From Octopus sinensis (lineage: Eukaryota): a stretch of DNA of 25,580 nucleotides. The stretch lies in the NCBI RefSeq assembly GCF_006345805.1, contig NW_021836074.1:1-25580 (forward strand), given 5' to 3'. The notes beneath the pieces were generated by a model. It was not told where the DNA came from, made no database searches, and was given only the letters and a program-made list of their open reading frames with translations. A program made the translations under genes and the position numbers. Numbering within the stretch: the first letter of the stretch is position 1; each line of letters begins with the position of its first letter. Below, piece after piece: positions 1 to 9,559 of the stretch.

Positions 1-884
1 TAGATATACATATGTAATTACGTATGTATGTATATGTTTGTATATTTTGTATGCATATATATTATACATGTATGTATAACTTGGTGTGCGTATACACACA
101 TGTATATCTATATACTTGTATTAAAAGGGTAATTTGCAAGAAACGTTGCAATATATGTATGTGTTACAAATGTTTGAGAAAAATGCTTTTGAACAGGTGA
201 GGAATAACGCAAAAATTCTAACGTGATGTCCTCCATAAATGAAAACATTAAAAAAAATGACATTGTATTACCTTATATAATAATATATTACATATATTAT
301 TTCGGAAAAACATTCCCCTTTTCAAAAAGAAGAAAGAATATAATCATAGAATTAATAACACATATCTCCCCAAAGTCTTTCATTATTTTCTTTATTCCAG
401 TTGAACAGGACAACATTTTCTCCGAAATATTATAGGTTCATGAAATAATTCATGTAAAGTGATAAAGTCTCCTCTTTTTTTGCTTTTATTTATTGTCCTT
501 AATTTCCATATTTTGCCCAATTCTTCACCACTCAAATGTATTTTAAGCATTTACAATACATATACACACACAGGTTCGTAAGCTTCTTAGCTTATTTTTG
601 GTTAATTATGCCAATTATAATAGGTCATAAACATAGTTAGGCCATAAACATTCAGAGTTCTTTGCGCAATCGCCCCAGTAGGTATTTGTTTACTTTCTCT
701 CGAAGCGAAAATATTTTCGGAAAACTGAAGAATTTATCTTCTGTGGTATTTAACATAAATTACGCTGCCCTTCTTATAAAATCCATACTATTCGTCACTC
801 GTGTTTTTTCTAAAAGTCGAAGACCAAGTTTTGAATCGGCATAATCAAACCGTAAGCAATGAGAAGAGAAGTTACGTACGCACG

Positions 885-892
885 CACGCACT

Positions 893-924
<32 letters not shown>

Positions 925-1100
925 ACACACACACACATACACACACACACACACGCACATGTGCACACACACAAACACACAAATACACACATACTGCACA
1001 CATATACTCACATACACACATGCATACATATTTACATAAAATATACATATACAAATATATGCATATATATATATATATTCCCATAAAATAATATATATAT
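885..1100. repeat. (CA)n/(TA)n compound microsatellite
   Basis: Direct inspection. Confidence 0.95.
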
Positions 1101-1344
1101 ATCTTTTAAATTTGTTTACGGGAAACGTTTTGAATATACAAATAAAGCTCCCGACCACAGTCTAATGATGCTGACTGATGAACCAGATTTTGGGGGTCGC
1201 ATCGAGCTGTACCGATATAATATATGATAAATATAATAACAATAATCCTTGGAGACGTGTGATTTGTGAAAACGCGCGTAGCGATACATAAAATGTTTAT
1301 AAATTCCATGCAAAGATTATTGTTATTATTACTGTATATATGAA

Positions 1345-1523
1345 GGCGGCGAGATGGCAGAATCCTCTGCATATCGGTCGAAATGCTTAGTGGTATTTCG
1401 TCTGTCTTCACGTTGTGGGTTCAAATTCTGCTGAGGACCACTTTGCCTTTCAAAATTTCGGAGTCGGTAAATTAAGAACCCCAAATTTCAGACCTTGTGC
1501 CTATTGTAGAAAGGACTATTACT
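1345..1523 (+). mobile_element. tRNA-derived SINE, family A (octopus OK/OR-type class), internally deleted
   Basis: GGCGGCGAGATGGCAGAATC head, GTTCAAATTC B box, and a CCTTGTGCCT...AGAAAGG tail shared with the copies at 20.5-22 kb. Confidence 0.85.
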
Positions 1524-1583
1524 ATATATATATATACAATAATAAATCTCTGAGCGAGGTATAAACAGTAGCTGCACGACATT

Positions 1584-1958
1584 GTGAAGTATATTTGCCA
1601 CTTAAATATGACTAACCCTTAAGGATGGATGCTACTGTATTTTGTAGCCCCAGGAAGACACCTCCTCCATCTGGTTATCGACACACTTTCTGTGCCCTAT
1701 TAGTATATGCAAAGGGAAGTCATCCTTTTCATCTTCAGCCTGTATAATACACACGGACCCGAGTTTCTGGGTATATTGACCTATCATCAGCGTGTGACAA
1801 TCACTGGTTGTCCATGTGAAGTGGTTCCCTTTGCAAATACTGATAGGGCACAGAAAGTGTGTCAGTAGCCAGATGGAGGAGGTGTCTTCCTGGGGCTACA
1901 AGATACAGTAGCATCCATCCTTAAGGGTTAGCCACATTTAAGTGGCAAATATACTTCA

Positions 1959-1959
<1 letters not shown>
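1584..1959. mobile_element. Fold-back element with 135-bp inverted arms and a central hammerhead motif; probable Penelope-like pLTR derivative
   Basis: 1584-1718 is the reverse complement of 1825-1959 (8 mismatches in 135 by manual alignment). The 106-bp spacer contains a hammerhead core. (TA)n tracts lie close on both sides. Confidence 0.8.
1750..1796 (-). ncRNA. Minimal type I hammerhead ribozyme motif
   Basis: Minus strand reads CACACG-CUGAUGA-UAGGU-CAAUAU-ACCCA-GAAA-C-UCGG-G-UC-CGUGUG. Stem I is 6 bp, the core is intact, stem II is 4 of 5 bp, stem III is minimal with a near-palindromic loop, and the cleavage triplet is GUC. Confidence 0.75.
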
Positions 1960-2004
<45 letters not shown>

Positions 2005-2317
2005 CTGTGTGTGTGTGTGTGTGTGTGTGTAAGCGGTCTGATCAAGAACTTTCGGGACTGGTGCCTTGGTAATGGAGCTAAAGGGTGTAGAGTGAAGTTG
2101 CTGGGCACAGGTTGACATTGAGCTTTGCTGCGCATGTGCACACCAAGTTATAACGGTTCTCACCCACTTTTGTTGTTTATGTACACCACACACACACAAC
2201 ACACACACACACATACATACATGCATACACACTAGCACAGTGACATGTTAAACAAACGCATACGAATATAAGAAATACTGTATACATAACATTACATGTA
2301 ACACACACACACACAAA

Positions 2318-2356
<39 letters not shown>

Positions 2357-2643
2357 GCAAGTATATATGTATGCATGTATATATAATGTGTCAGTGTGGG
2401 TGTTTTAGTGTGTATTTATCCATGTGTGTGTTTGTGAGTGTTTAATGTGATATTTACCATTCTCTGTTTGATTTCAAAGACATGAAGTCAAATGGAAGGA
2501 AAGAATTTCTGGCCAGAATATCTTCAAACAATAGTGTGAATTTCCATGCTTAGTCTTCTGGAAAATGTTTAAGCCAGAAGTACAGTTGTCTTCAGACACA
2601 CACACGCGCGCGTACACATCACACACACACACATAGAGTTTAC

Positions 2644-2688
<45 letters not shown>

Positions 2689-3007
2689 TAGATATGCATA
2701 TATGTGTGCTTATATACATGTGTATGTGTGTGTATTTAGATCTATGGATATACACGTACACGTGTGTGTGCATGTGTGTGTGCATAATAAAGTCAGAAGG
2801 GGTGAGAGATGAATATAGATATATTTCTCCATAAAACTTCCGTACGTTTACAGCTGTTTCGTAACTTTCTTTGCGTAGTATTAAAGATGAGCTTACTGTG
2901 AAAGCCACCTGATTTTTTGTGTCCATATTTGCTACAGCTCTTATACACACAACACACACATACACACACGCATGCACACACACACACTCACACACACACA
3001 CACACAG

Positions 3008-3165
3008 AGGAGTAGATGTGTGATAAGTAGCTTGCTTACCAACCACATGATTCTAGGTTCATGCCCACTGCGTGGCACCTTGGGCAAGTGTCTTCTACTA
3101 TAGCCCCAGTCTGACCAAAGCCTTGTGAGTGAATTTGGTTGACGGAAACTGAAAGAAGCTGTCGC

Positions 3166-3170
<5 letters not shown>
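3008..3170 (+). mobile_element. tRNA-derived SINE, family B, 5' half
   Basis: GGAGTAGATGTGTGATAAGTAGCTTGCTTACCAACCACATG...CCTTGGGCAAGTGTCTTCTACTATAGCC...GACGGAAACTGAAAGAAGC, broken at the internal (TA)n. Confidence 0.88.
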
Positions 3171-3204
<34 letters not shown>

Positions 3205-3213
3205 TATATATAT

Positions 3214-3399
3214 GATGAATTTTTTGCCATGTAACCACCTCAATTCTGGAAAGGGGGTATTTTCAAGTTAAAGGAAAGATGGAGACGCATTGTGCAACAA
3301 AATGGTTCATATTTGGTTGATTAAAAATGTAATGGCAAGTATTTATTGACCTTTTTCTTTCCTTTAAAAATCAGCACGAACTTTCCGGACAACCCAGTA
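3214..3399 (+). mobile_element. Mariner transposon 3' remnant (transposase C-terminus plus right TIR)
   Basis: EFFAM*PPQFWKGGIFKLKERWRRIVQQNGSYLVD* matches the mariner C-terminus. It is followed by TIR-like AAAATCAGCACGAACTTTCCGGACAACCCAG and TA. Confidence 0.85.
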
Positions 3400-3529
3400 C
3401 ATACATACATACGTACATATATACATACATACATACATACATACATACATACATACATACACATACATACATACATACATACACACACACACATACATAC
3501 GTACATACATACATACATACATATATACA

Positions 3530-3560
<31 letters not shown>

Positions 3561-3568
3561 GTATGTAC
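3398..3568. repeat. (TACA)n microsatellite
   Basis: Direct inspection. Confidence 0.95.
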
Positions 3569-4369
3569 ATCTCATCTTGTTTTTTTGTTCTTCTTTCAGG
3601 AACTTTTACTACTCGTCCAAGAGTCACCAGTGCTTTACCAATGTACTTTGAATTTCAACAGTTGTTTTTGGTAAAATCAGTTCCAGCTCGCGTACTCTAA
3701 TGATTTTCTAGAAACGTCGGTCACACTGCTCATTGTGCTTCTCTCTGAAAGGAAAGTATTGGCTTACTTGAAGTTCACTGTTGCAGATAATTGTGGTTAA
3801 ATTGAAAGAGCAAAAAAAAAAGAACATGTTCCAAAACATTCAAGTACGAAACACAAGTTCCGGTGCCACGTTGCTCTCGTGGAATTGAAAGGAATTGAAC
3901 TGAGATCAACATTTGTGAATGAAGTCTATTTTTAATGGTTTATAATTCTGACTCACATGGCAAAGATGAACCTAAGGAGTTAAAAACTGAAATTTATCTG
4001 CATTATCAAATGTATTTGGAACTAACTACATTTGTTTCCAAACGTTTAAAAATATTTCATATACATATATATATATATATGCACTGAATAATCAGAGTCT
4101 GTTATAGAGAGTCAAATGAATTGTCGAGGACAGCATTTGCAATTTTTAGAGACTTTTTTTGTCTCCCTGTTCTTGATTCTATCAAATTCGCCATTAAAAA
4201 TTTCTGATCAACAATAACATCTTAGTACTATGAAAGATGTCGAGCTATCACTGTCTATTTAATAGTATTTTTTAAAAAATTGGGAGTCGGGAGGGTACAG
4301 TTTTATTGAAGAATAATACAGACGACCAGAAGAAAAATGCATTTTAAACATTTCTGAGTCTTACTTGTA

Positions 4370-4720
4370 AGTATTATTTCTATGAAATATAGCTAACAAA
4401 ATCAGACGTCGAGAAAAATCTAATTTAAAACATTCACTAATCATTCACCAATCATTCGTTTAACTATTATTACTGACTAATGATTTATTAGCCAATAAAC
4501 GCAACGACTAGAAAATGTAATTCAGACATTCTTGAATCATTCTTTTAGCTAATTATTACTGCGTAATGATACATTAGCCAATAAAAGCAGACAACAAGAT
4601 GTAATTCAAACATCCCTGAATTATTCTTTTAACTATCATTACAGAGTAATAACACACAAGCCAACAACAATAGCATGAGCACCAACAGCAGACGACAATA
4701 TGTAATTTAATAAAAACATG
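4370..4720. repeat. Degenerate ~86-bp tandem repeat (about 4 units) upstream of the GPCR
   Basis: TTATTACTG..TAATGAT..ATTAGCCAATAAA...ATGTAATTCA.ACAT...TGAAT.ATTCTTTTA recurs. TTAGCCAAT at 4488 and 4574. Confidence 0.7.
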
Positions 4721-4890
4721 TAACTGTACGTTCCGTATGTTTATGCTGTTAAGACACTGACTTATTTTCTTCAATGAAAAATTTATGGGTTTGAATAATA
4801 ACGGCGGTGCCTTAGCATGGCCGTAGCTCTCGAGCTGAAACTAGTAAAAGAGTAATAAACAGCTTTGAATGGCAGATGATGTAAAGCAAT

Positions 4891-7086
4891 ATGGTGGAAA
4901 AAGCAAAGAATGAAAATTCTACATTGTCACATGAAAGCGTGGCACAGTACAACCAGTACGGCCAAATAACTAAAGAATCACAGCAAAACGACGTTCTGAA
5001 CACGAGCGTTTCTCAGTTCAGCAACCGAGAAAATATCACATCACTCGTCCACGATGACCTTCGCTTGATAAATTCAAACGACGAAAGCTTCCTTTGCAAC
5101 ATCTCCCTGAATCACACTCTTTCTGAGGAATTTTATATATACTCACCCGACTGCGATGGATTTGCTGAATATTCTACCAGTTCTTCAGAACTACCAGGCA
5201 TTCAGGTAGAAATAGAAAGGCAATTCTGGGAACAGTGTTTGGTATCTTTCGTTTTAGGTACAATTGCTCTTAGTGCCGTCATAGGCAATGTCCTTATAAT
5301 TCTTGCAGTGTGGAAATATCGCAGACTGCGAACTGTCACCAACTGTTTTGTAGTCTCTTTGGCATCAGCCGATCTTCTGGTTTCAATATTGGTTCTTCCA
5401 CTAAATATTACTGTTGAAGTAACTGGTCAGTGGTTGTTCAGTGGTTTACTTTGCGATTTGTGGGTTTCCTGCGACGTTCTCTTGTGCACCGCTTCTATTC
5501 TTAATTTGTGTTGCATCAGTCTCGACCGCTACTTTGCTATTACCAAGCCGCTACTTTACTCAACTCGCCGAAGCAAACGTTTGGCTATTTTCATGGTCGG
5601 AGTCGCATGGGGACTGGCTGCCATAATAACTTGTCCTCCAATACTTGGTTGGAAAGAAGAAGGTCGGGACTTAGCTAACGGATGTGCACTGACTCGTGAC
5701 CCTGGTTATATCATATATTCAGCATCTGGATCGTTCTTTATACCTCTTTTTGTAATGTTGTTTGTATATGCACGTATTTATCACGTTGCTCGCAAGAGAG
5801 AGAAACGTCTGCGCCCTTACTGGCGTAGTTTTTTCAGCAGCCGACAGAAACGATGCGATAGCGACAATTCTGAAAATATGTCTCCGACGACCGAAGCAAC
5901 AACAACAAAACATATTCGATCAAATTCTTCGTTCAAAGCGGAACATAAAAATGAAACGTCTCCTTCGAAAAACAACATTAGTAATGAAACGTTTTCGCTT
6001 GGTCATAGCGAACGAAACAGTTCATCTGTAAATAACCATTTGAGAACAATGAAAGCAACGCGGGAAACGAAGCCCATACGAAGGCCTACCGACATAAATG
6101 TTGTCAGTGAAAATATAACAATAAATCCGACATGTCAAAACGATAAGCTCGAATTATCAAATAGCTCAGAAGATTATGAAAAACACCATTTTCAAATTGA
6201 ATTATATAGTGAGCGAGTCGGCCATCCATCTGCTGTCACGCCACTGTTGGAATTCATTGAGGATCATTCAAAGGAGACGGCGCATGGTAAGAACACAAGA
6301 GATACTGATATTGGTGCCGACGTATCTTATCGAGTGGACAAATATTTTTCGAAAAGACATCATTCAAGAAAAGCAGACGATGATGCTGTTGTTTTTCAGA
6401 AAGCAAACAGAGCTGAACAGAAATGTAAATCCGTTGGTTCTACAAAGACCAATACTTTATACACATCAGAATTGAATCCTGCACCTTCTTATAGCACCAA
6501 AAAGGAAAGGACAGTTTGTAATAACAAACTAAACAACGAAGAGAATGTAAACCCAAACAGCGATCAAGTCCGACTCTCAGAGAACGAACACAATTATACA
6601 AGACTTTATCGACCCCACACACTCTCCAGCAAATATTCTATCGGATGTCAGTCTTCAATGTCTGCATCTAATAACCAATTATCAAGGAATGCCTCTACAA
6701 GATACAAAATCGGCCATATTCATCGCTTCAACCGAACATTAAACCCCGACACAAGCAATATGCGCCAACAGAAAGTTGAGCGAAGTTTTTATATGAAAGA
6801 AAGAAAAACCGCCAAAACGTTAGCCATTGTTGTGGGATGTTTCATCATCTGCTGGTTGCCATTTTTCTTAGTATATGTTATTGATGTATTTTGCACGACA
6901 TGTAACATCACCCCTACATTATTTTCAATTATTACGTGGTTGGGTTATTTTAACTCAACCTTAAACCCGCTCATTTACGCTATGTATAACACGACATTCC
7001 GTACGGCGTTTTGGAATTTAACCATTGGTCTCTGCTGTGGTAAGTCTCGTCGGAAATCGTCTGCTATGAGAACAACAGCTGGATAA
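4891..7086 (+). CDS. Intronless class A (rhodopsin-like) biogenic amine GPCR, tyramine/octopamine receptor, most like type-2 tyramine receptors (TAR2/Tyr2-like)
   Basis: 731-aa ORF with 7 hydrophobic segments. TM1 GN (AVIGNVLIILAV), TM2 SLASADLLV, TM3 amine-binding Asp plus DRY (SCDVLLCTASILNLCCISLDRY), ICL2-TM4 RRSKRLA...ITCPPILGW, TM5 YSASGSFFIP, TM6 KTAKTLAIVVGCFIICWLPFF, TM7 WLGYFNSTLNPLIY. Several N-x-S/T sites in the N-terminus. Subtype is assigned from recalled motifs (RRSKRLA, ITCPP.LGW, KTAKTL), not from a tree. Confidence 0.95.
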   Translation: MVEKAKNENSTLSHESVAQYNQYGQITKESQQNDVLNTSVSQFSNRENITSLVHDDLRLINSNDESFLCNISLNHTLSEEFYIYSPDCDGFAEYSTSSSELPGIQVEIERQFWEQCLVSFVLGTIALSAVIGNVLIILAVWKYRRLRTVTNCFVVSLASADLLVSILVLPLNITVEVTGQWLFSGLLCDLWVSCDVLLCTASILNLCCISLDRYFAITKPLLYSTRRSKRLAIFMVGVAWGLAAIITCPPILGWKEEGRDLANGCALTRDPGYIIYSASGSFFIPLFVMLFVYARIYHVARKREKRLRPYWRSFFSSRQKRCDSDNSENMSPTTEATTTKHIRSNSSFKAEHKNETSPSKNNISNETFSLGHSERNSSSVNNHLRTMKATRETKPIRRPTDINVVSENITINPTCQNDKLELSNSSEDYEKHHFQIELYSERVGHPSAVTPLLEFIEDHSKETAHGKNTRDTDIGADVSYRVDKYFSKRHHSRKADDDAVVFQKANRAEQKCKSVGSTKTNTLYTSELNPAPSYSTKKERTVCNNKLNNEENVNPNSDQVRLSENEHNYTRLYRPHTLSSKYSIGCQSSMSASNNQLSRNASTRYKIGHIHRFNRTLNPDTSNMRQQKVERSFYMKERKTAKTLAIVVGCFIICWLPFFLVYVIDVFCTTCNITPTLFSIITWLGYFNSTLNPLIYAMYNTTFRTAFWNLTIGLCCGKSRRKSSAMRTTAG

Positions 7087-7825
7087 AGAGAAGGAAAAGA
7101 CACAAATAAAATTAAATTAAATAAAAAAAATATAACAGACTAACTAACAGAACAAACACAAGAGACGAAAGTAAAATAAAGTAAAATACAGTACCAGCCT
7201 TTAATTACAATGTACATGAAATCTGCACTATGTAGAGATGTACCACCGAGTTGGTTTTATCTGAGGTAGACATTATGAATTTCTTCATCGAAATGTGAAC
7301 ACATAGAGGACATACACCTCGTAGCAGAACTCTTATTCAACCATCAATAAAACAATGTTTACATAGATGCATTTTATGTTGCATCATACAAATAAACCGG
7401 CGACATATACGTAAGCATCTTTTTGCTTCCACGTCAAAAATATTTTTCATGTAAACCTCAAAGGACGATACACAAACATCAACGCATATCTGTTTCTTTT
7501 CTTTTTTTTTTACATTGTAACAAGAAACACCTAACAAGGAAAACACTGGCACCACCTTTAATTAATTAATTGATTGATTAATTAATTAATTTGTTTATTT
7601 ATTTATTTACTTATTTATTTATCTATTTATTGAATCAAATGATGGATTTTATGTACTCTCGCACAAAAAGAAAAAAAATGATCTAAGTTTTTAATTTTGT
7701 AAAACCGCACAAATGACCGGTGCATGACAATTTGTTGTTTTTTTTTTTCTCACTCGATGTAGAAGAAATATTTTTATTTCATGTAACTATGTGCAGTAAA
7801 AAGACCAACCGACAACATTTATAAT

Positions 7826-7848
7826 TGCAATTATTATTATTATTATCA

Positions 7849-7880
<32 letters not shown>

Positions 7881-7906
7881 CATTATTATTATTATTATTA
7901 TTATTA

Positions 7907-7942
<36 letters not shown>

Positions 7943-8040
7943 TATTATTATTATTATTATTGTTATTATTATCATTATCATCATCATTATTATCATTATT
8001 ATTATTATTATTATCATCATTATTATTATTATTACTATTA
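7826..8040. repeat. (ATT)n microsatellite, the (TAA)n tail or target of R4/Dong copy B
   Basis: Abuts the 3' end of the LINE at 8041. Confidence 0.95.
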
Positions 8041-9555
8041 TTTGGATACGTGGCACAGTATCCAATACTGTGAGGTTGTTGACTGAAAATATTATCTACC
8101 GGGGTTTGTGCTGTCTGTCAAGTCACAAGGACCTCAGACAGGCAGTATTTTACTCAATATGCATGCTGTTCTAAGTAATGCCGATTTTTGCAGTACACCT
8201 AGATTGTAGGGTATTCCTAAAGTGCCCAAATGTTTCTTCAGCTTGTGTGTTAAACCCACTGTTCCGATGGTAATAGGAACAACCTTTATATGTGACTATC
8301 GTATAGCTGCCACATCTTAGCGATCTCAATTTTCAGGTCTTCATATTTATTAATCTTTTCTCTTTCTTTCATGAAAATACGTTGATCTCTTGGCACTGTC
8401 ATGTCGATTATAAGGCACTCTTGTTTGTCCTTTCAATAGGTTACTATATGTTAGGCATTTGGTACTCTAACACCTTGTCTGTCTGAAAGTCAAAGTCCCA
8501 GAGGATTTTTGCCTTCCCCTTTTCATCCATTACCTTTTCTGGTGTATGTTGGTACCAAGCACCCATTACCTCACATCCATACTTCTGACAGAACCACTTG
8601 GCCTAGTGGTTAGAGCAGCGGACTCGCAGGCTCGAATCTCAGACCGGACGATGTGTGTGTTTATGAGCGAAACACCTAAGCTCCACGCGGCTCCGGCAGA
8701 AAGTAATGGCGAACTTCTGCTGACTCTTTCGCCACAACTTTCTCTCACTCTTTCCTCCTGCATCTTGCAGCTCGCCTGCGACGGACCGGCGTCCCGTCCA
8801 GGTGGGGAACCTATACGCCAAGGAAACCGGGAAACCGGCCCTTATGAGCCAGGCATGGCTCGAGAAGGAAAATAGTCGTGCCTGCACTTGTACTCTTTCT
8901 GTGCAAGACTTTCACAAGCACTAACAATGTGAGTCACGTTTTCGACCCTCTTCCCACACATTCTGCAGAAGTTCGTTGCAGTTATACGGTATATATCCCT
9001 TTTCAATGAGTTAGTACACAATGCCTGATCCTAGGCAGCGATGATTAGGCTTTCAGTCTTCTATTTTAGGTGACTCTTGGTGAACCACCTCCATGATGCT
9101 TCCTGATCTTTTAAGTTGTTAGTTTCACGGGAGAACTGACCATGTAATGTTATGCGGAGTAGGGTTTCTTCTCTCTTATTGACTATTCGTGATCGGAATC
9201 GATTAGCACTCTCAAGTCCATTTTTGGTAAATCCTTCTGCATTACCAGAATACTGTAGCACGTATTGTTTATTATTTACCAATACTCTACCATGTTTCTT
9301 CTTTCACTGTTGATGCACTCCCATATGCTAATCAGCCTACGTCCACCTTTACACCTCTTCATGTAGAGCCTGTGTAAGTTCGCCTTAGTATGGAGGGCTC
9401 CATGTCATGTCATTGCCTTACGGGTTGTGCGATCGAGTTGGTCAATCTCCGCTCGTGTCCGTTTCAGGATGAGTGCACCGTAGCGGACTGCAATCACAGC
9501 CCATTTGTTGATGACAGTCACAAGGTTCCTTGAGTCGAGTTTTGAGCTAACAGTT
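8041..9555 (-). mobile_element. R4/Dong-clade non-LTR retrotransposon (copy B), 5'-truncated and degenerate, 3' end intact, interrupted by a SINE
   Basis: Minus-strand translation gives SKLDSRNLVTVINKWAV...RLYMKRCKGGRRLIS..., LHGQF...KTESLIIAA*DQAL, the CCHC knuckle CRMCGKRVENVTHIVSAC...RHD, and the RLE domain KILWDFDFQTDK...CLIIDMTVP...EKINKYEDLKIEI...LQKSALLRTACILSKILPV*. Stop at 8134-8136, ~90-nt 3' UTR, then (TAA)n. Confidence 0.92.
8592..8872 (+). mobile_element. tRNA-derived SINE, family C, inserted in R4/Dong copy B
   Basis: A-box-like TGGCCTAGTGG, B-box-like GCTCGAATCTC, and a 3' block GGCGTCCCGTCCAGGTGGGGAAC...GAAACCGGGAAACCGGCCC also present at 13465 and 23178. Confidence 0.85.
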
Positions 9556-9559
9556 CATG

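Noticed and set aside
600-850. Possible L1/Tx1-like LINE relic on the minus strand (KLGLRLL...)
   Set aside because: Only vague similarity with several stops.
1245-1285. GAAAACGCGCGTA resembling a Penelope hammerhead stem III; also CTGATGA near 1175
   Set aside because: No matching CUGANGA with stem II for the first, and no GAAA for the second.
801-3651. Many ORFs rich in HT/CV/YI/MYVC (also at 13.7-14.9 kb, 16.3-17.7 kb, 19.6-20.4 kb)
   Set aside because: They are translations of (CA)n, (TA)n, (TACA)n and (TCTA)n microsatellites with no domain content.
3695-3730. CTAATGA-TTTTCTA-GAAAC-GTCG-GTC hammerhead-like string
   Set aside because: G5 is mutated, and stems I and II do not form.
5441-6622. 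Alternative-frame and antisense ORFs overlapping the GPCR
   Set aside because: Short shadow ORFs of the main coding sequence with no independent support.
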